From NCBI GenBank assembly GCA_034780895.1, contig JAUZTB010000062.1, forward strand, positions 7,700,494-7,764,493: DNA of 64,000 nt, read 5' to 3'. Numbering within the stretch: the first letter of the stretch is position 1; each line of letters starts with the position of its first letter. The notes beneath the pieces are model-generated. The model did no database searches. It had not been told where the DNA came from and saw only the letters and a program-made list of their open reading frames with translations. Source of the stretch: Rhynchobatus australiae. Lineage: Eukaryota. Of the stretch, positions 51,980 through 64,000 are shown one piece after another. The translations under genes were made by a program, and so were the position numbers.

Positions 51980-52280
51980 TCATAGACACCCCTAGAGAGA
52001 GGCATTTGGACCCATCATTTCCATAGCAACTGCAAATTAATCCCATTTACCAGTTTGTGGTCCATAGGGTTGTGGTATATGGTGCATCAAGTGCTCAGCA
52101 ATGTGATGATGGTTTTCTGTCTCCATCAATGTTTCAGGCAGCAAAATCNNNNNNNNNNNNNNNNAAAATTCTTCTCCTGATTCCCTTCTAAACCTTTTAT
52201 CCATTACCCTAAATCTGTGCTTCCTAACGCTAAAAAATATCTATAATTATGAGCAGGAATCCTTCTCTGTTGCCTCTAGC
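51980..52280 (-). mobile_element. CR1 LINE 3' fragment
   Basis: ggcatttggacccatc...tcccatttaccag...ttaccctaaatctgtgc. Confidence 0.5.
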
Positions 52281-53339
52281 TCTGTCATATAGAACCTGGT
52301 CAAAGTTACAGAGCTCTGCATCGGTAAGGTGCTCTATTTAAAATGGTTACATTCCAGCAGAACATCAAAATACACGTAACAGCCACTTATATTTACCCCT
52401 TACCCACCTGAGCCCAAGATCAGGAAGTGTAATTTCTCTCTACGGAGAACGAATAAGGCACTCAATAGTAAGGCAGACTGTGAAAACGCCTAGTGCTGGG
52501 TAACAAATGTTTTGCCGGGTTGAATTCCCTAGTTCCTGCCTATACACTGGAGTACCATCAGGCTTGAGGGGAATCTTTTAGCAAGCCCATTCCACTGATT
52601 GAGATGTTCCATTTGGTTATTTTCTGAATGCTGCTCAGAGCCAAGTTTTGTGCATGTCTTTCCATTCCCACCCCTTGTTTACTGCCAACCAGCTAATGCT
52701 CTACTCATTCTGTTATGCNNNNNNNNNNNNNNNNNNNNNNNNNNNNNNNNNNNNNNNNNNNNNNNNNNNNNNNNNNNNNNNNNNNNNNNNNNNNNNNNNN
52801 NNNNNNNNNNNNNNNNNNNNNNNTACGTTATTTTAAAAATTGCTTTTCAAATTTATTGCAACATAAACTAGAGGAACATTTTTATAAGATGACATGGTGT
52901 GGTACCTTTATGTATATCCGACATACAATTAATCATGGTCGAAACAAAAAAATGTTTATTTAAAAAAACCTGCTCAACCTATTAAACTCTCCGGCAAAGT
53001 ATCTGCTTTCTCCCTCTCTGTGAGCTCCACTCGTCCAACCTCACATCCGGCAACATCGCTCCCTGACCTCAAGAGCAAAAACAAGCAAACCTTCAGCACC
53101 CTTGGGGAGAGTGTATTTCACACAAAATTTAATTTACCTGGACCTTCAGTAGAAGGGGATTGATTTGCAAACTTTATATTGCAAATATACAGTCCTGAAT
53201 TTAAAATTGTAAATTGTTTTGCAAAATATTTGGGCAAATAAAAGCAAAAAGGGAGAACTAAGTTAATTAAAGTCTTTTAACAAATACTTGGTGGTCAATC
53301 CAACCAAAATTTGACCTGATGCAGCAATTTCCCCCCAAA

Positions 53340-53868
53340 AAACAGAAAATGCTGGAAATACTCAACAGATCAAGCAGTATCTATGGATACGAACAGTGTT
53401 GGTGTTTCAGGTGAAGAACTTTAACTCAGTTTCTCTTTCCACAGATACTGCTTAATCTGTTGAGTGTTTCCAGCATTTTCCCTTTTTATTTCTGCATTTT
53501 TGATTCACAGCAATTTCCCAATCTAATGCAAAAGCCCTGTGTTGCAGCTATATGGAAATCTGTGGATAAAATATTTCTGGAAATGCTCAGCAGATCAGCT
53601 GGCATTTGTAGAGAGAGGATCAAGGCAATAATCCTTCAAGAGAAATATTCCAATGTAACGCAAACACTTCACTCTGTTTCACTTTCCACAGATGGTGTTN
53701 NNNNNNNNNNNNNNNNNNNNNNNNNNNNNNNNNNNNNNNNNNNNNNNNNNNNNNNNNNNNNNNNNNNNNNNNNNNNNNNNNNNNNNNNNNNNNNNNNNNC
53801 TGTTTCACTTTCCACAGATGGTGTTTGACCTAATAAGTATTTCCACAATTTTCTGTTACCATTTCTAA
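53340..53868. mobile_element. Two adjacent Penelope-like fold-back repeats
   Basis: gaaaatgctggaaatactcaacagat pairs with atctgttgagtgtttccagcattttc (53340-53500). A second pair lies at 53550-53868. Confidence 0.7.
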
Positions 53869-54189
53869 TTTACTGTTTTAACAGTAGAACTTCCCATTAT
53901 GTACAAATTCCTGTCAAATCTGACAACACTTTTTTACAGGAAGTTGAATGGGGCTGCACAGATGATATCACTTGGAAAAAATAATGGCTGATTTCTCACG
54001 GCAATACATAAAACAAATTGGAATCAAGTGTCTCTATACCAAAATGAAGTCAAATAAGAGGGCAGGGAATAATTGAACCTCTATGTCTACTAATAAATAT
54101 TTTTAAATCATCTTTATTTTAAAATTTCTGCTATCAATTACTATGGCTGTGGTTATAATGAAGACTGTAAATTTATTCTCCTGTAACTC

Positions 54190-54280
54190 CAGCAAAAAAC
54201 AAACTGCTGGAGGAACTCAGCGGGTCAGGCAGCATCTGTGGAGGCAGAGGGATGGTCGACATTTCGGGTCGAGACCCTGC
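54190..54280 (-). mobile_element. Penelope-like terminal repeat, low divergence
   Basis: ctgctggaggaactcagcgggtcaggcagcatctgtgg; minus strand GCA GGGTC-TC-GACCC GAAA T GTC GAC. The 5' part of the core is truncated. Confidence 0.7.
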
Positions 54281-54964
54281 CTTCATTCTCTGCTGAAGGC
54301 CTGCACTAGGATTTCAGGTCTGTACTGTTTCTGAAGTGTGAATGAGTAGCAACACTGGTCACACTTTGCATACTGATTGTCCCCAACTTGGATTCAATTT
54401 GTCGAAACTCACTGTGTGCACACAGAGAAGCTGATTGCTTCCAGAAATCGATGTTCAACTCTAAAATACAATGCAGCACATTTTTTGCTTTCTGATTTCT
54501 AATTATACAGTTGAAATTTGCATAAGATCTCTGGCACATTTATATGCAAGCCAACTCGCTTCTTACATTTTACACGAAATGATTCTCAGTATAGGGATTT
54601 TTCCCACACGTCCTATTAATTAAACATGCTCTGGCATTACACTGGTGCTTGCAGAATTTGACTGGAGGAAGCCTCCTCTACAGCCTCCGCACTTTATATT
54701 ATCACTTCAACCTGAAGAGTACAGACACAAAATGTTACAAAGTAGCATTCAGCTGTAAAATAAAAATATCATTAAAATATTCCAGCTGGAGCTTCAAGGG
54801 TGAAATGCATAATGTTTTTTTTAATTCATATTCTTTGGGGATGTGGCTTGATTCCAGCTCCCAATGGCATGCTTGAGCTTGGGAACTATGTATGGATGAT
54901 ATAGATAATGAAACATAATGAAAAACTTGCAAATTTTAACATATGTTGGACTGGAGGTATCATA

Positions 54965-55110
54965 AATATATAAAAATACAGGAAATGCTCTCAACAGTTC
55001 AGGGAAAGAGAACAGAGTTAACATTGTTGGTGATGACCTTTAAATATTAACTTTGTCTCTCGAAAAATACCGTCCAACCTGCTGAATAATTCAACTTCTT
55101 ATTTTCATTT
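54965..55110. mobile_element. Decayed Penelope-like fold-back
   Basis: ggaaatgctctcaacag...agagttaacatt ... attaactttgtctc...acctgctgaa. Confidence 0.45.
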
Positions 55111-55154
55111 ATCCTGCACCTTTCACATCTCCTTCAGAATGGTCAAATGTGCAC

Positions 55155-55615
55155 ACAGCTGGAAAGGGCGCAGGAGAGATTCACAAGGACGTTGCCGGGA
55201 CTGGAGGGCCTGAGTTATAAGGAGAGACTGGATAAACTGGGGCTTTTCCCCTTGGAATCTAGGAGGCTGAGGGGTGACATTCTGGGAGTATATAAAATCA
55301 GGAGGGGCATAGAGAAGGTGAATGGTCAAAGTCTTTTTCCCAGGGTAGGGGAGTCTAAAACTAGAGGGCATAGATTTAAGGTGAAAGGACCTGAGGGGCG
55401 GCCTTTTCACACAGAGTGTGGTGGGTCTGTAGAATGAGCTGCCTGAGGAAATGGTAGAAGTGGGTACAATTACAACATTTTAAAAGACATTTCGATAGCT
55501 ACGTGTACAGGAAAGATACGAGTCAAATGCAGGCAAATGGGACGAGCTCAGGTAGGCAACTTGGTGGGCATGTACAAGTTGGGCCAAAGGATCCATTTCC
55601 ATGCTGTATGGTCCA
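55155..55615 (+). mobile_element. CR1 LINE ORF2 C-terminus and 3' UTR
   Basis: LERAQERFTRTLPGLEGLSYKERLDKLGLFPLESRRLRGDILGVYKIRRGIEKVNGQSLFPRVGESKTRGHRFKVKG. Confidence 0.92.
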
Positions 55616-56559
55616 CAGCACTTTACAGCCAGTGAGTACTTTGGGATATTCAAAATATAGTACTTCTCAACGGTATGGTGTGTTAGGCTCTCATTCTTCA
55701 TTCAGGGAATCCTTTGGGCTTTAATACGATTGTTGAAAGGGCACATGTACCTTGAACATCCATCGCTGCACGTTGTGCANNNNNNNNNNNNNNNNNNNNN
55801 NNNNNNNNNNNNNNNNNNNNNNNNNNNNNNNNNNNNNNNNNNNNNNNNNNNNNNNNNNNNNNNNNNNNNNNNNNNNNNNNNNNNNNNNNNNNNNNNNNNN
55901 NNNNNNNNNNNNNNNNNNNNNNNNNNNNNNNNNNNNNNNNNNNNNNNNNNNNNNNNNNNNNNNNNNNNNNNNNNNNNNNNNNNNNNNNNNNNNNNNNNNN
56001 NNNNNNNNNNNNNNNNNNNNNNNNNNNNNNNNNNNNNNNNNNNNNNNNNNNNNNNNNNNNNNNNNNNNNNNNNNNNNNNNNNNNNNNNNNNNNNNNNNNN
56101 NNNNNNNNNNNNNNNNNNNNNNNNNNNNNNNNNNNNNNNNNNNNNNNNNNNNNNNNNNNNNNNNNNNNNNNNNNNNNNNNNNNNNNNNNNNNNNNNNNNN
56201 NNNNNNNNNNNNNNNNNNNNNNNNNNNNNNNNNNNNNNNNNNNNNNNNNNNNNNNNNNNNNNNNNNNNNNNNNNNNNNNNNNNNNNNNNNNNNNNNNNNN
56301 NNNNNNNNNNNNTCTTACTGTACAAGATGGTCATTCAGCCCATCAAATCTGTGCTGGCTCCCAATATTAGCAACCCTGCCAGTCCCATCCCCTTTTTCTT
56401 TCCACACAGCTATGCAAGTTACTTACTTTCAGTTCCCATCCAATTCTCACTTGTTGGTTCTGTTTCTACATCTCCCTTATAGCTTTTCCCAAAACTTTAG
56501 ATCGATGCTTCATGGTCCTTGAGCTAAATATAATTTGTTTTTAGTTATTCATTTTTCAG

Positions 56560-57860
56560 CAATGGAGTCGCTGGCTTGGCCAGCATTTATCGCCCATCCC
56601 TATTTGCCCCTGAGAAGGTGGAGGTGAACCACCTTTATGAACTGCTGCAGTCCTTCTGTTGAAGGTCGTTCCACAGTGCTGCCCCAAGCTGATTCTAGGA
56701 CTTAAACCTAGAAATGATGATAAGATATTTATTAGTTGCATGTACATCAAAACACACAGTGAAGTGTGTCTTCTTGCATTACTGAGAATGTGTTGGGGGC
56801 AGCCCATAAGTGTCGCCATTCTTCTGGAGCCAACATAGCACGCCCACAGCTCCTAACTTGTACATCTTTGGAATGTGGGAGGAAACTGGAGCACCCGGAG
56901 GAAACCCACGCAGACACGGGGAGAACATAAAAAACTCCTTACCGACAACAGCAGGAATTGAACCCAGGTCGCTGGCACTGTAATAGTGTCACACTAACCG
57001 CTACACTAAGTCAGGAGCTGATATTCCCAAGTGTNNNNNNNNNNNNNNNNNNNNNNNNNNNNNNNNNNNNNNNNNNNNNNNTATCACTGGAGTAGCCTTG
57101 GCAAGAAGCTGTGGCTTACTTTGTGGATAGAACACACTACAGCTCCCATACACAGTAGAGATGATGCTTGGTGTGGTGGCCAGGTGTCAATCAAGTGGGC
57201 ATCTTTATCTTATATGGCGTCGAGCATCTAGAGCATTGGAGTTGCACTCATCCAGGCAAACAGAGTGTACTCCATCACTCTCCTGACATGCCTTGAGGAT
57301 GCTGGAGAGGTTTTGGGATGTCAGGAGGTGAGCCATTCGCACAGGACATCTAACTTCTAACCTGCTTTGTTGCCACAACATTTATATGGCTGGTCCAGTT
57401 GACTTTCTGGTCAATCGTGAACCCCCGGGATATTGATGGTTGGTGACTCAGTGATGATAACATCATTAAATATGAAGGTTGGGTGGCTAGCCTTTCTCTC
57501 GTTGAAGTGGTGCCAATGTTACTTACCATGAATCAGCATATACCTATATTTCATCCGGATCCTGCTTTAAGAAGGCATGGACTCCGTCATTGGCTAAGGT
57601 GTCGCAATGATCAGTGAACGTGCCACTTCTGGCCTTATTATTGGAAGGAACATCATTGATTAAGCAATTGGAGATGGTTGAGATGAGGACACTGCCCTAA
57701 GGAACTCCTCTGGTGATGTACAGGGATGAGGATGACATACCCCAACAATCACAACCTCCTTCCTTCATGTGAGATAACATTCCAACTGCGAATGTGATTT
57801 CCCCCTTGAAGCCCATTGACTTCAGTTTTACTTTGACTCCTCGGTACCACATTGGTGTGA
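56560..57860 (-). mobile_element. LINE (L2/CR1 group) RT C-terminus and 3' end, interrupted by a V-SINE
   Basis: Minus-strand remnants TESPTINI/TIDQKVNWT and VRRVMEYTLFAWM. 3' tail gggatgggcgataaatgctggcc. Confidence 0.75.
56719..57008 (-). mobile_element. V-SINE with L2-like tail
   Basis: Reverse complement closely matches 63436-63734 in the head, V domain and gatgtacatg..actaataaa tail. Confidence 0.88.
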
Positions 57861-57879
57861 ATGCAATCTAATTACTTAA

Positions 57880-58515
57880 GGAAAAATGTTACTGCATAGA
57901 AAGTTCAGAAAAGTTCACTAGACTAAAACCTGGAAATGGTGGGTTTGTCTTAAGAGAGTGGTTGGAAAGGCTATGTTTATATTCACTCGAGTTTACAAGA
58001 CTTGACAGAAACATATAAGATTCCTTCTCTGTAACTAAAAATTAACTTCTCTCTTTCCCAATTCTGATGAAGGGCCTCAGACCTGAAACATTAGCTCTGT
58101 TTCTCTTTCCACAGATGTTGACCGACCTGCTGAGTGTTTCCAGCATTTTCTGTTCTTATTTCAGATCCAGAGGGGTCTTGATGGGGTGGGATGTGGAGGG
58201 GATGTCTTCCCTTGAGGGAGAATCTAAAACTAGGGGTCACTGTTTAGCAATAAGTAATCACAAACTGAAAAAGAGATGAGGAGATTTTCTTTCTCTTGGA
58301 GGGTTGTGAACCTTTGCAACTCTCTTCCTCAGAGTGTGGTTGAAGAAGAGTCTTTGAATATTTTTAAGTCAGAGGTAGAAAGATATGCAAGGAGGTAAAA
58401 AAGTTACCAGGGCTGGACAGGAATGACAAGCTGTTATCACAATTAGATCAATCATGATCTTACTAAATTACAGAGTAGGCTTGAGGGACCAAGTCTCCTC
58501 TTGCTCCTAACTTGT
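57880..58515 (+). mobile_element. CR1 LINE 3' end, split by a Penelope repeat
   Basis: acatataagattcc| ... |agaggggtcttgatgggg resumes at about 58170. Tail ggcttgagggacc...ttgctcctaactt. Confidence 0.8.
58025..58170 (+). mobile_element. Penelope-like terminal repeat with hammerhead motif
   Basis: CTGATGA (58064-58070) AGGGCCTCAGACCT GAAA (58085-58088) CATTAGCT, then the arm gacctgctgagtgtttccagcattttc. Confidence 0.7.
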
Positions 58516-58539
58516 ACAAATGTTCACACTCTCCATTTG

Positions 58540-58910
58540 CCTGGATCAGTACAGCTCATTCCCTCGACTACACTATGGCTGCAGGGTATAGCATCTACAA
58601 AATGCATTATAGTTACTGGATGACTCTGATAGCATCTCTCAAACCATAAACCTCTATCATCAAGAAGGACTTTAGGGAAATAGGAATGCCACCACCTGCG
58701 GATTCCCCCTCAAAGTCACATCTCTTCCCGACTTGGAAATATGTCACCATTCTTTCCTCATCTCTGGTTCTCAATCCTGGAATTCCCCCCTCAATAGCAC
58801 AGTAGGAGTACCTTCACGAGAAGAAGTGCAGCAGTTCAAGATGGCAGCTCGCCACCTCTTCTCAAGGACATTTATGGATGGGCGATAAAAGCTGGCCATG
58901 AGAGCAATCC
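58540..58910 (+). mobile_element. LINE 3' region (same family as 56560-57860)
   Basis: atcctggaattccc...gcagcagttcaagatggcagctc...ggatgggcgataaaagctggcc. Confidence 0.7.
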
Positions 58911-59064
58911 CAGCTTCTCCAGCCTAACTTTGCAGTTGAAATCCGTCATCTCTGGAACTATTCCAGTGAATCTTTCCTTCTCCAGGACCATCACATACTG
59001 CACTTCCCAAAATGAGATTGGGTGTAAGCTTAAAGAATTGACTCCATATTTACTTCTAAACCAA

Positions 59065-59166
59065 AATATTTATTATTACCATGCACACTGCTTACTCTGT
59101 GAGCTTCACATGAGCAAGGAATTTCATTGCACCGTGGTGTACATGACAATAAACTAATCTGAATCT
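59065..59166 (+). mobile_element. Short LINE 3' end with (aatctg)n tail
   Basis: gcaaggaatttcattgcac...tgtacatgacaataaactaatctgaatct; the terminus resembles the tail of the V-SINE at 63436. Confidence 0.5.
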
Positions 59167-60789
59167 GGGACTGTGAGTCCAAGTCCAACTCCCGGTCTTG
59201 AGAGCATGCAGTACACTCAGCAGGCATTCACAAGTGAGGAATTGTTACTGGCCTTGATTGGACATTAAAAACCCCAGTATTATGTATGAAATTCTCTGGG
59301 GACTTTCCTAACAATTCTTCCTTAACCTAAAGCCATCTATCTCGTGTCTTGTTATATGCAAATTTCATTGGAACTCACTCTAATGGATTTACTAGCTGTG
59401 GAACCTTACAGTGTAAACATTTCCTGTTCTATTTCTCTGTAATATCCATGGTAGATGTACTTCAGAAAGGTGGTTCACAATATACAGAGCTTTTAGACAT
59501 GATAAGTCACTATATAAATGCAACTTGCTTATGTTAACACACATAACAGACACTCTTACACATTCCTTGTGGTTAAATGTAAACTTTAGAAGAGAGCAGG
59601 TGGCAAGAAAAAGTCATACCTGCACAACACAAGGCTGCACATGAGATTCTCCCAGGGTTTGCACCACCTGCCACATTAATGGAAAACTTCACCTTTGTAG
59701 TCCACTTGAGTGCAGATGAGAAAAACTATGAATTAATGCAACGCTGAGACACAACAGTTTCCTCTGTCAGACATGTGGGACTCGGGCTTCTAATTACCAT
59801 AGGAACAGTCAAGCACATCATCAAAAACTTTTTTAATTAGATGTGAAGTATATGGCAGTGGTGAATGCCAATAAGACTTAAATCTGCAAAGATAGATCTT
59901 CCAATAACAATCTGGAATTTGGAATTATTAAAAATTAAAAATACACCAGATAAATTGGAGTTCAATGTTTTTGTATCCATATGAGGTATAAATATATCAT
60001 AACAAACACAAACAATTTCTGTAGAGATATTTACACCTACAGTTCCTGCAGAACCACGCTGATGGTTCCAAAGGAACTGTGGCATTCACCCACTCACACC
60101 TGGTGTGGACTCAGACTCTCGTGCCCAAGTGCGGAAGTCTGAGATGAAATGGACGCCAGGTACCGGTGCCTCTGATTGCTCACTCTACTGTTGGACTCGC
60201 CAACGAGCTCAGCAACACAGCAGTGACGGGCTAGAGATGGGCCGAGTGCACTTCAGCCCCCCAAGTTGCCAGGGATGAGCAGGGGGTGCCAGGGAGAACC
60301 AATCTGCAAGTACTGACATTATCCATTTGAAAGTGGTCACTGACCTTGCAGATAAGTGCTTTACTTATTTCATTTGAATATTTTTAATTATTTGTTTTAA
60401 ATTTACTTTTCAAATAACTTATATGTTTTTTAAATTGTTGAAGTCGATTTGAACAGTTTTCAAGTGTTTCTAACATTTAAGCATTGTTAAAGCCTGTCAG
60501 TGGGTGCTAGGAGAAGGTTCCCAGCACACGATATCTAAAGCTTCCTCGTTGCTCGAAGCCTGCTCTTGCATCTATCACTGGAGCCTGGCCATGTGTCCAG
60601 TCAGGTGCTTACTCCAACAGAACCATCAGGTTGAGCCAGAAATAGAAGTGAGCATGCAAATCAGAGCCAGTTTAGGCCCTGCAGCCCCTCTATTCTGCTC
60701 TGCCGTGGCCGATCTGACCCTAACCTCAATGTTGCACTCCCATCTACCAGCAGTACCTTTCCACCCCCTCGCTCATCAAGTGTCTACCT

Positions 60790-61040
60790 TACAACACAGG
60801 AAGGCATTCAGCCCTATGGGTTCATGCTGGCTCCCATTTCCCTGCAATCCTGCAATTTATTCTCTCCCACATGCCCATCAAGCATCTTGCCACCTCTTTA
60901 CACCAGGGGCAATTTACAGTGGCCCATTAACCTACCAGCATATCTTGGGATGTGGGAGGAAACTGGAGCTCCTGGAGAAACCCAAGGCATTCACAAAGAC
61001 AACTTGAAGATTCCCCACCCAAACCCAGGTCACTGGAATT
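60790..61040 (-). mobile_element. V-SINE variant with CR1-like tail
   Basis: tgtgggaggaaactggagctcctggagaaaccc (reverse V domain), preceded by aggcattcagccc (reverse CR1 tail). Confidence 0.65.
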
Positions 61041-62099
61041 AACAAGGGCAATGCCTTTGAATATTACAATGTTATCCCCTGGCAGTGCCTGGCCATTTTC
61101 AAAGAAGCTTTAATGAATGTTTTTTTAATTATGCAATATACTGCTAACTAATGATTCTGGTTGGAAAATAAACAAAGGTATTATAACCAAGTTAGTTTTT
61201 GCCATAATGAATATCCTCTCTCACTTTCAGTATATATAAAACAATATTTTTATTTTATGCAAATACATTTTTGTAAGTATCTCAGTAAGAATCTTTCACA
61301 TCAGTGGTGGTGCATTTCAGGATTTTACTGCCCAAACCAGCTTTGCCATCTTTTCCTGCTTTCCTAGTCAAATGTTTCCACTGCCCCTGTCCTGGGTCCT
61401 TCCTCAAATCACTACCAGTTGGGCATTTTTCATCTTTTATTTTTGTTCGTCTGTTTTCAAAACCACCTTAAACCTAATCATCTTATGACCACCATCAGCC
61501 ACGTGTTTCCCCACAGAAACACACACCACTTAACAGGCATCAATTCCCAGCACGAGAACCAGAGATAGCTCCTTGCTTTGTGAGTAGAATTATACAATTC
61601 ACATAGATCTCCTGCACTGTATGCATTGTAGGAATAGTTCCCTTTCCTTGGCTTTTATTTTTTTACCCCCCCCTGGGGGCAATTTACAGTGGCCCATTAA
61701 CCTACCAGCATATCTTGGGATGTGGGAGGAAACTGGAGCTCCTGGAGAAACCNNNNNNNNNNNNNNNNNNNNNNNNNNNNNNNNNNNNNNNNNNNNNNNN
61801 NNNNNNNNNNNNNNNNNNNNNNNNNNNNNNNNNNNNNNNNNNNAGCATGAGAGAGGGTACAGAGAAGGCATACAAAAATCTGCCAGGGATGAAAGATTTG
61901 ATTTGAGGTAAGAATATGCAAAGTAGGAGAACACCATCCAGCCCTTGAAGCCTGCTCCACCAGTCTTCTGCCTCAGCACCACATTACTGCACTACCCCCA
62001 AATGCCTTGATTCCCTTCATATCCAGAAATCTGTGCTTTGAATGAATCCAATGACTGGAAGATTGGTCAAATCGAGGGAATTTGGTTTGTTAGATTGGT

Positions 62100-62350
62100 A
62101 AGGGATTGGTAGAGGGATTCGAGAAGAGATTTTCACCCAAAGAGTTGGGGAGGTGGAGTTTGGCTGCTGGAGCTCTCTGCCCCAAAGGCACAAACCCTCA
62201 ACACATTCAGAGAGTGGTTGGATGAGCACGTGATGCGCCATGAACTCCAAGGCTGCAGACCAGGAGCTGGAAAGTTTGATTGACCCAGGTACTTTGGTCA
62301 GCATGGACACAATGGTAAATGCTCTCCTTTCTGTGCTGTAAATTTCTATA
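62100..62350 (+). mobile_element. CR1 LINE 3' end
   Basis: ttttcacccaaagagttggg...ctctctgccccaaaggc...ggtcagcatggacac...tctgtgctgtaaatttctat. Confidence 0.65.
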
Positions 62351-63059
62351 ATTCCATTAAACCACTATTACTGCTCTAATCTACATTAGCGGTACCCATA
62401 ATGACAGCCTCACAATACAGTCTGCTCCCTTACCCTCGATATGTCACATACATCTCCGTGAGGTGAACCTGTCGGCAGCAACAGTGACTGCCGTTCTACT
62501 GCTGAGAACTGGAAGAAGAAGAGTATAGGACAAGGTAAAATTATAAGAACAAGCCAAAGGAGAGAGTGTCGTAATATGTCCCAAAAAACTGCATCTTGTG
62601 TTGCTAAAGCAGGGATACACCCATTCTGAAAGGCCAAGAAGTTGACATGTTAAAACCAAATGTGGCACATTATAAATGAAAGAGGTACCCATCATTTAAG
62701 TCCAGCAACAATGAATGAGGAGAACATTCAACACCGCATATTAATGGTTTGTCCATTTGAAAAGTACTGTGCAATAGTACAGTGAAACTTCAGTCACATT
62801 GCAGTGGGTGACAATGTAATACCTTGAAATGGAAATTACATTGGCTGGAAGACAATATCAGTAGGAAAGACCCAGATGAATTTCTATTTCACAATCTGTT
62901 GCCTATTGTCATATTTGAGATTACTGGCACCACGCCTGATGAAGACGAGGAAATCTGGAACTCTCTTCCCCCAGGAGAGCCGAGATGAGATGGTATCACC
63001 ATTTCAAAACTGTGATTGTTAAGATTTTTGTAGGATAATAGATACAGAAACAAAGGATG

Positions 63060-63420
63060 TCAACATCCTGTGGGTCACCATTCACGAGAAACTCAACCAC
63101 ACCAGCCACGTAATGGAGATCAGGCAGTGAGCATCTCACCTCTCAACATGCTAAAGCCTTCCCACCATTCACAAGGCCAATGTCAAGATTATGATGGAAT
63201 CATCTTCACTTGCCTGGATGGGGCTGCAGCTCCAACTAATCTCACCACCATCCAGGAAAGGCAGCCAACTTGATTCACTACATTGAACATTCACTCCCCA
63301 ACCACTGAAGCAATGACAATAAGCTGTCGGATAGCCATAAAATAATCATAAGGTTCACTAAATCTGCCAACCTTAGGCAACACCAGCTCCATCAGTGTAG
63401 TTGCCTCTCCAGTACCCTCA
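63060..63420 (+). mobile_element. LINE fragment (family of 56560-57860)
   Basis: cacaaggcc..tgtcaagattatgatggaat...cacttgcctggatggggctgcagctccaac (cf. the VMEY..LAWM motif). Confidence 0.65.
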
Positions 63421-63435
63421 GTACAAGAACAAGCA

Positions 63436-63734
63436 GGCACGGTAGTGTAGCGGTTAGCATAACGCTTTACAGTGCCAGTGACCCAGGTTCAATTCCCGCC
63501 ACTGTCTATAAGGAGTTTGTACGTTCTCCCCGTGTCTGCGTGGGTTTCCTCCGGGTGCTCCGGTTTCCTCCCACATTCCAAAGACGTACGGGTTAGGAAG
63601 TTGTGGGCGTGCTATGTTGGTGCCGGAAGCGTGGCGACACTTGCGGGCTGCCCCCGAGAACACTCTGCGCAAAAGATGCATTTCACTGTCTGTTTCGATG
63701 TACATGTGACTAATAAAGAGATCTTATCTCATCA
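63436..63734 (+). mobile_element. Full-length, CpG-retaining V-SINE with L2-like tail
   Basis: A box tagtgtagcgg, B box GGTTCAATTCC (63486-63496), V domain gggtttcctccgggtgctccggtttcctcccaca, and tail gatgtacatgtgactaataaag. Confidence 0.9.
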
Positions 63735-63927
63735 TACCTGGTGCCAGGGGTAGTGGTGGAAGCAGAAGCGATAGTAGCATTTAAGAGGCTGTTGTTAGGT
63801 AGACACATGAATATGCAAGGAATGGATCATGTGCAGGCAGAAGAGATTCAGTTTAATTCGGCATCATGTTTGGCACAGACATTGTGGGCCGAAGGGCCTG
63901 TTCCTGTGCTGTACTGTTCTATGTTCT
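63735..63927 (+). mobile_element. CR1 LINE 3' end
   Basis: gtggtggaagcag...atttaagagg...gggccgaagggcctgttcctgtgctgtactgttctatgttct. Confidence 0.88.
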
Positions 63928-64000
63928 CCCACCACTGATGCCCCCACTTACTTGGGCAGGACAAATTGGCGCTTGACGATTTGCATCTTCGTCTTCCACT

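Noticed and set aside
61676-61752. 77-bp exact copy of 60906-60982
   Set aside because: It is perfectly identical, ends at an N gap and lies in SINE sequence. Misassembly or an allelic duplicate is the most likely cause.
62472-62494. Hairpin CGGCAG-caacagtga-CTGCCG containing CAGTGA, suggesting an iron-responsive element
   Set aside because: CAGTGA is not closed by a 5-bp upper stem with a bulged C, so the IRE geometry fails.
63436-63500. tRNA-like A and B boxes
   Set aside because: This is a SINE head continuing into the V domain, not a tRNA gene.
1-64000. Prokaryotic systems (CRISPR, operons, defence islands)
   Set aside because: The sequence is a spliced vertebrate locus with no regularly spaced repeat arrays or dense ORFs.

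Overview
This is vertebrate, not microbial, DNA. It is AT-rich, CpG-depleted and repeat-dense, and its repeat families (CR1 LINEs, V-SINEs, DeuSINEs, Penelope-like elements) point to a cartilaginous fish, probably a ray. The window holds the 5' end of one minus-strand gene, BAIAP2 (IRSp53). Its CpG-island promoter lies at about 44.4-45.1 kb and carries two CCAAT boxes, a GC box and a perfect CRE. Coding exons 1-3 (48, 76 and 87 nt) splice in frame to give the N-terminal I-BAR/IMD sequence MSRTEDMHRMTEGVYKTIMDQFNPSLRNFIAMGKSYEKALSSVSFAAKGYFEALVKMGELASDSQASKEMG. Exon 4 was not found, so intron 3 is probably over 29 kb. The rest is intronic or upstream DNA full of decayed retroelements and N gaps. 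The most notable hidden structure is a dispersed family of Penelope-like terminal repeats. They carry minimal type-I hammerhead ribozyme motifs, including a recurrent non-canonical CUGAUGCA core, and often occur as fold-back inverted pairs. Also noted: V-SINEs with swapped LINE-derived tails, two candidate unannotated exons, and a ~270-bp direct duplication upstream of the promoter. Repeat boundaries are approximate and were read by eye.
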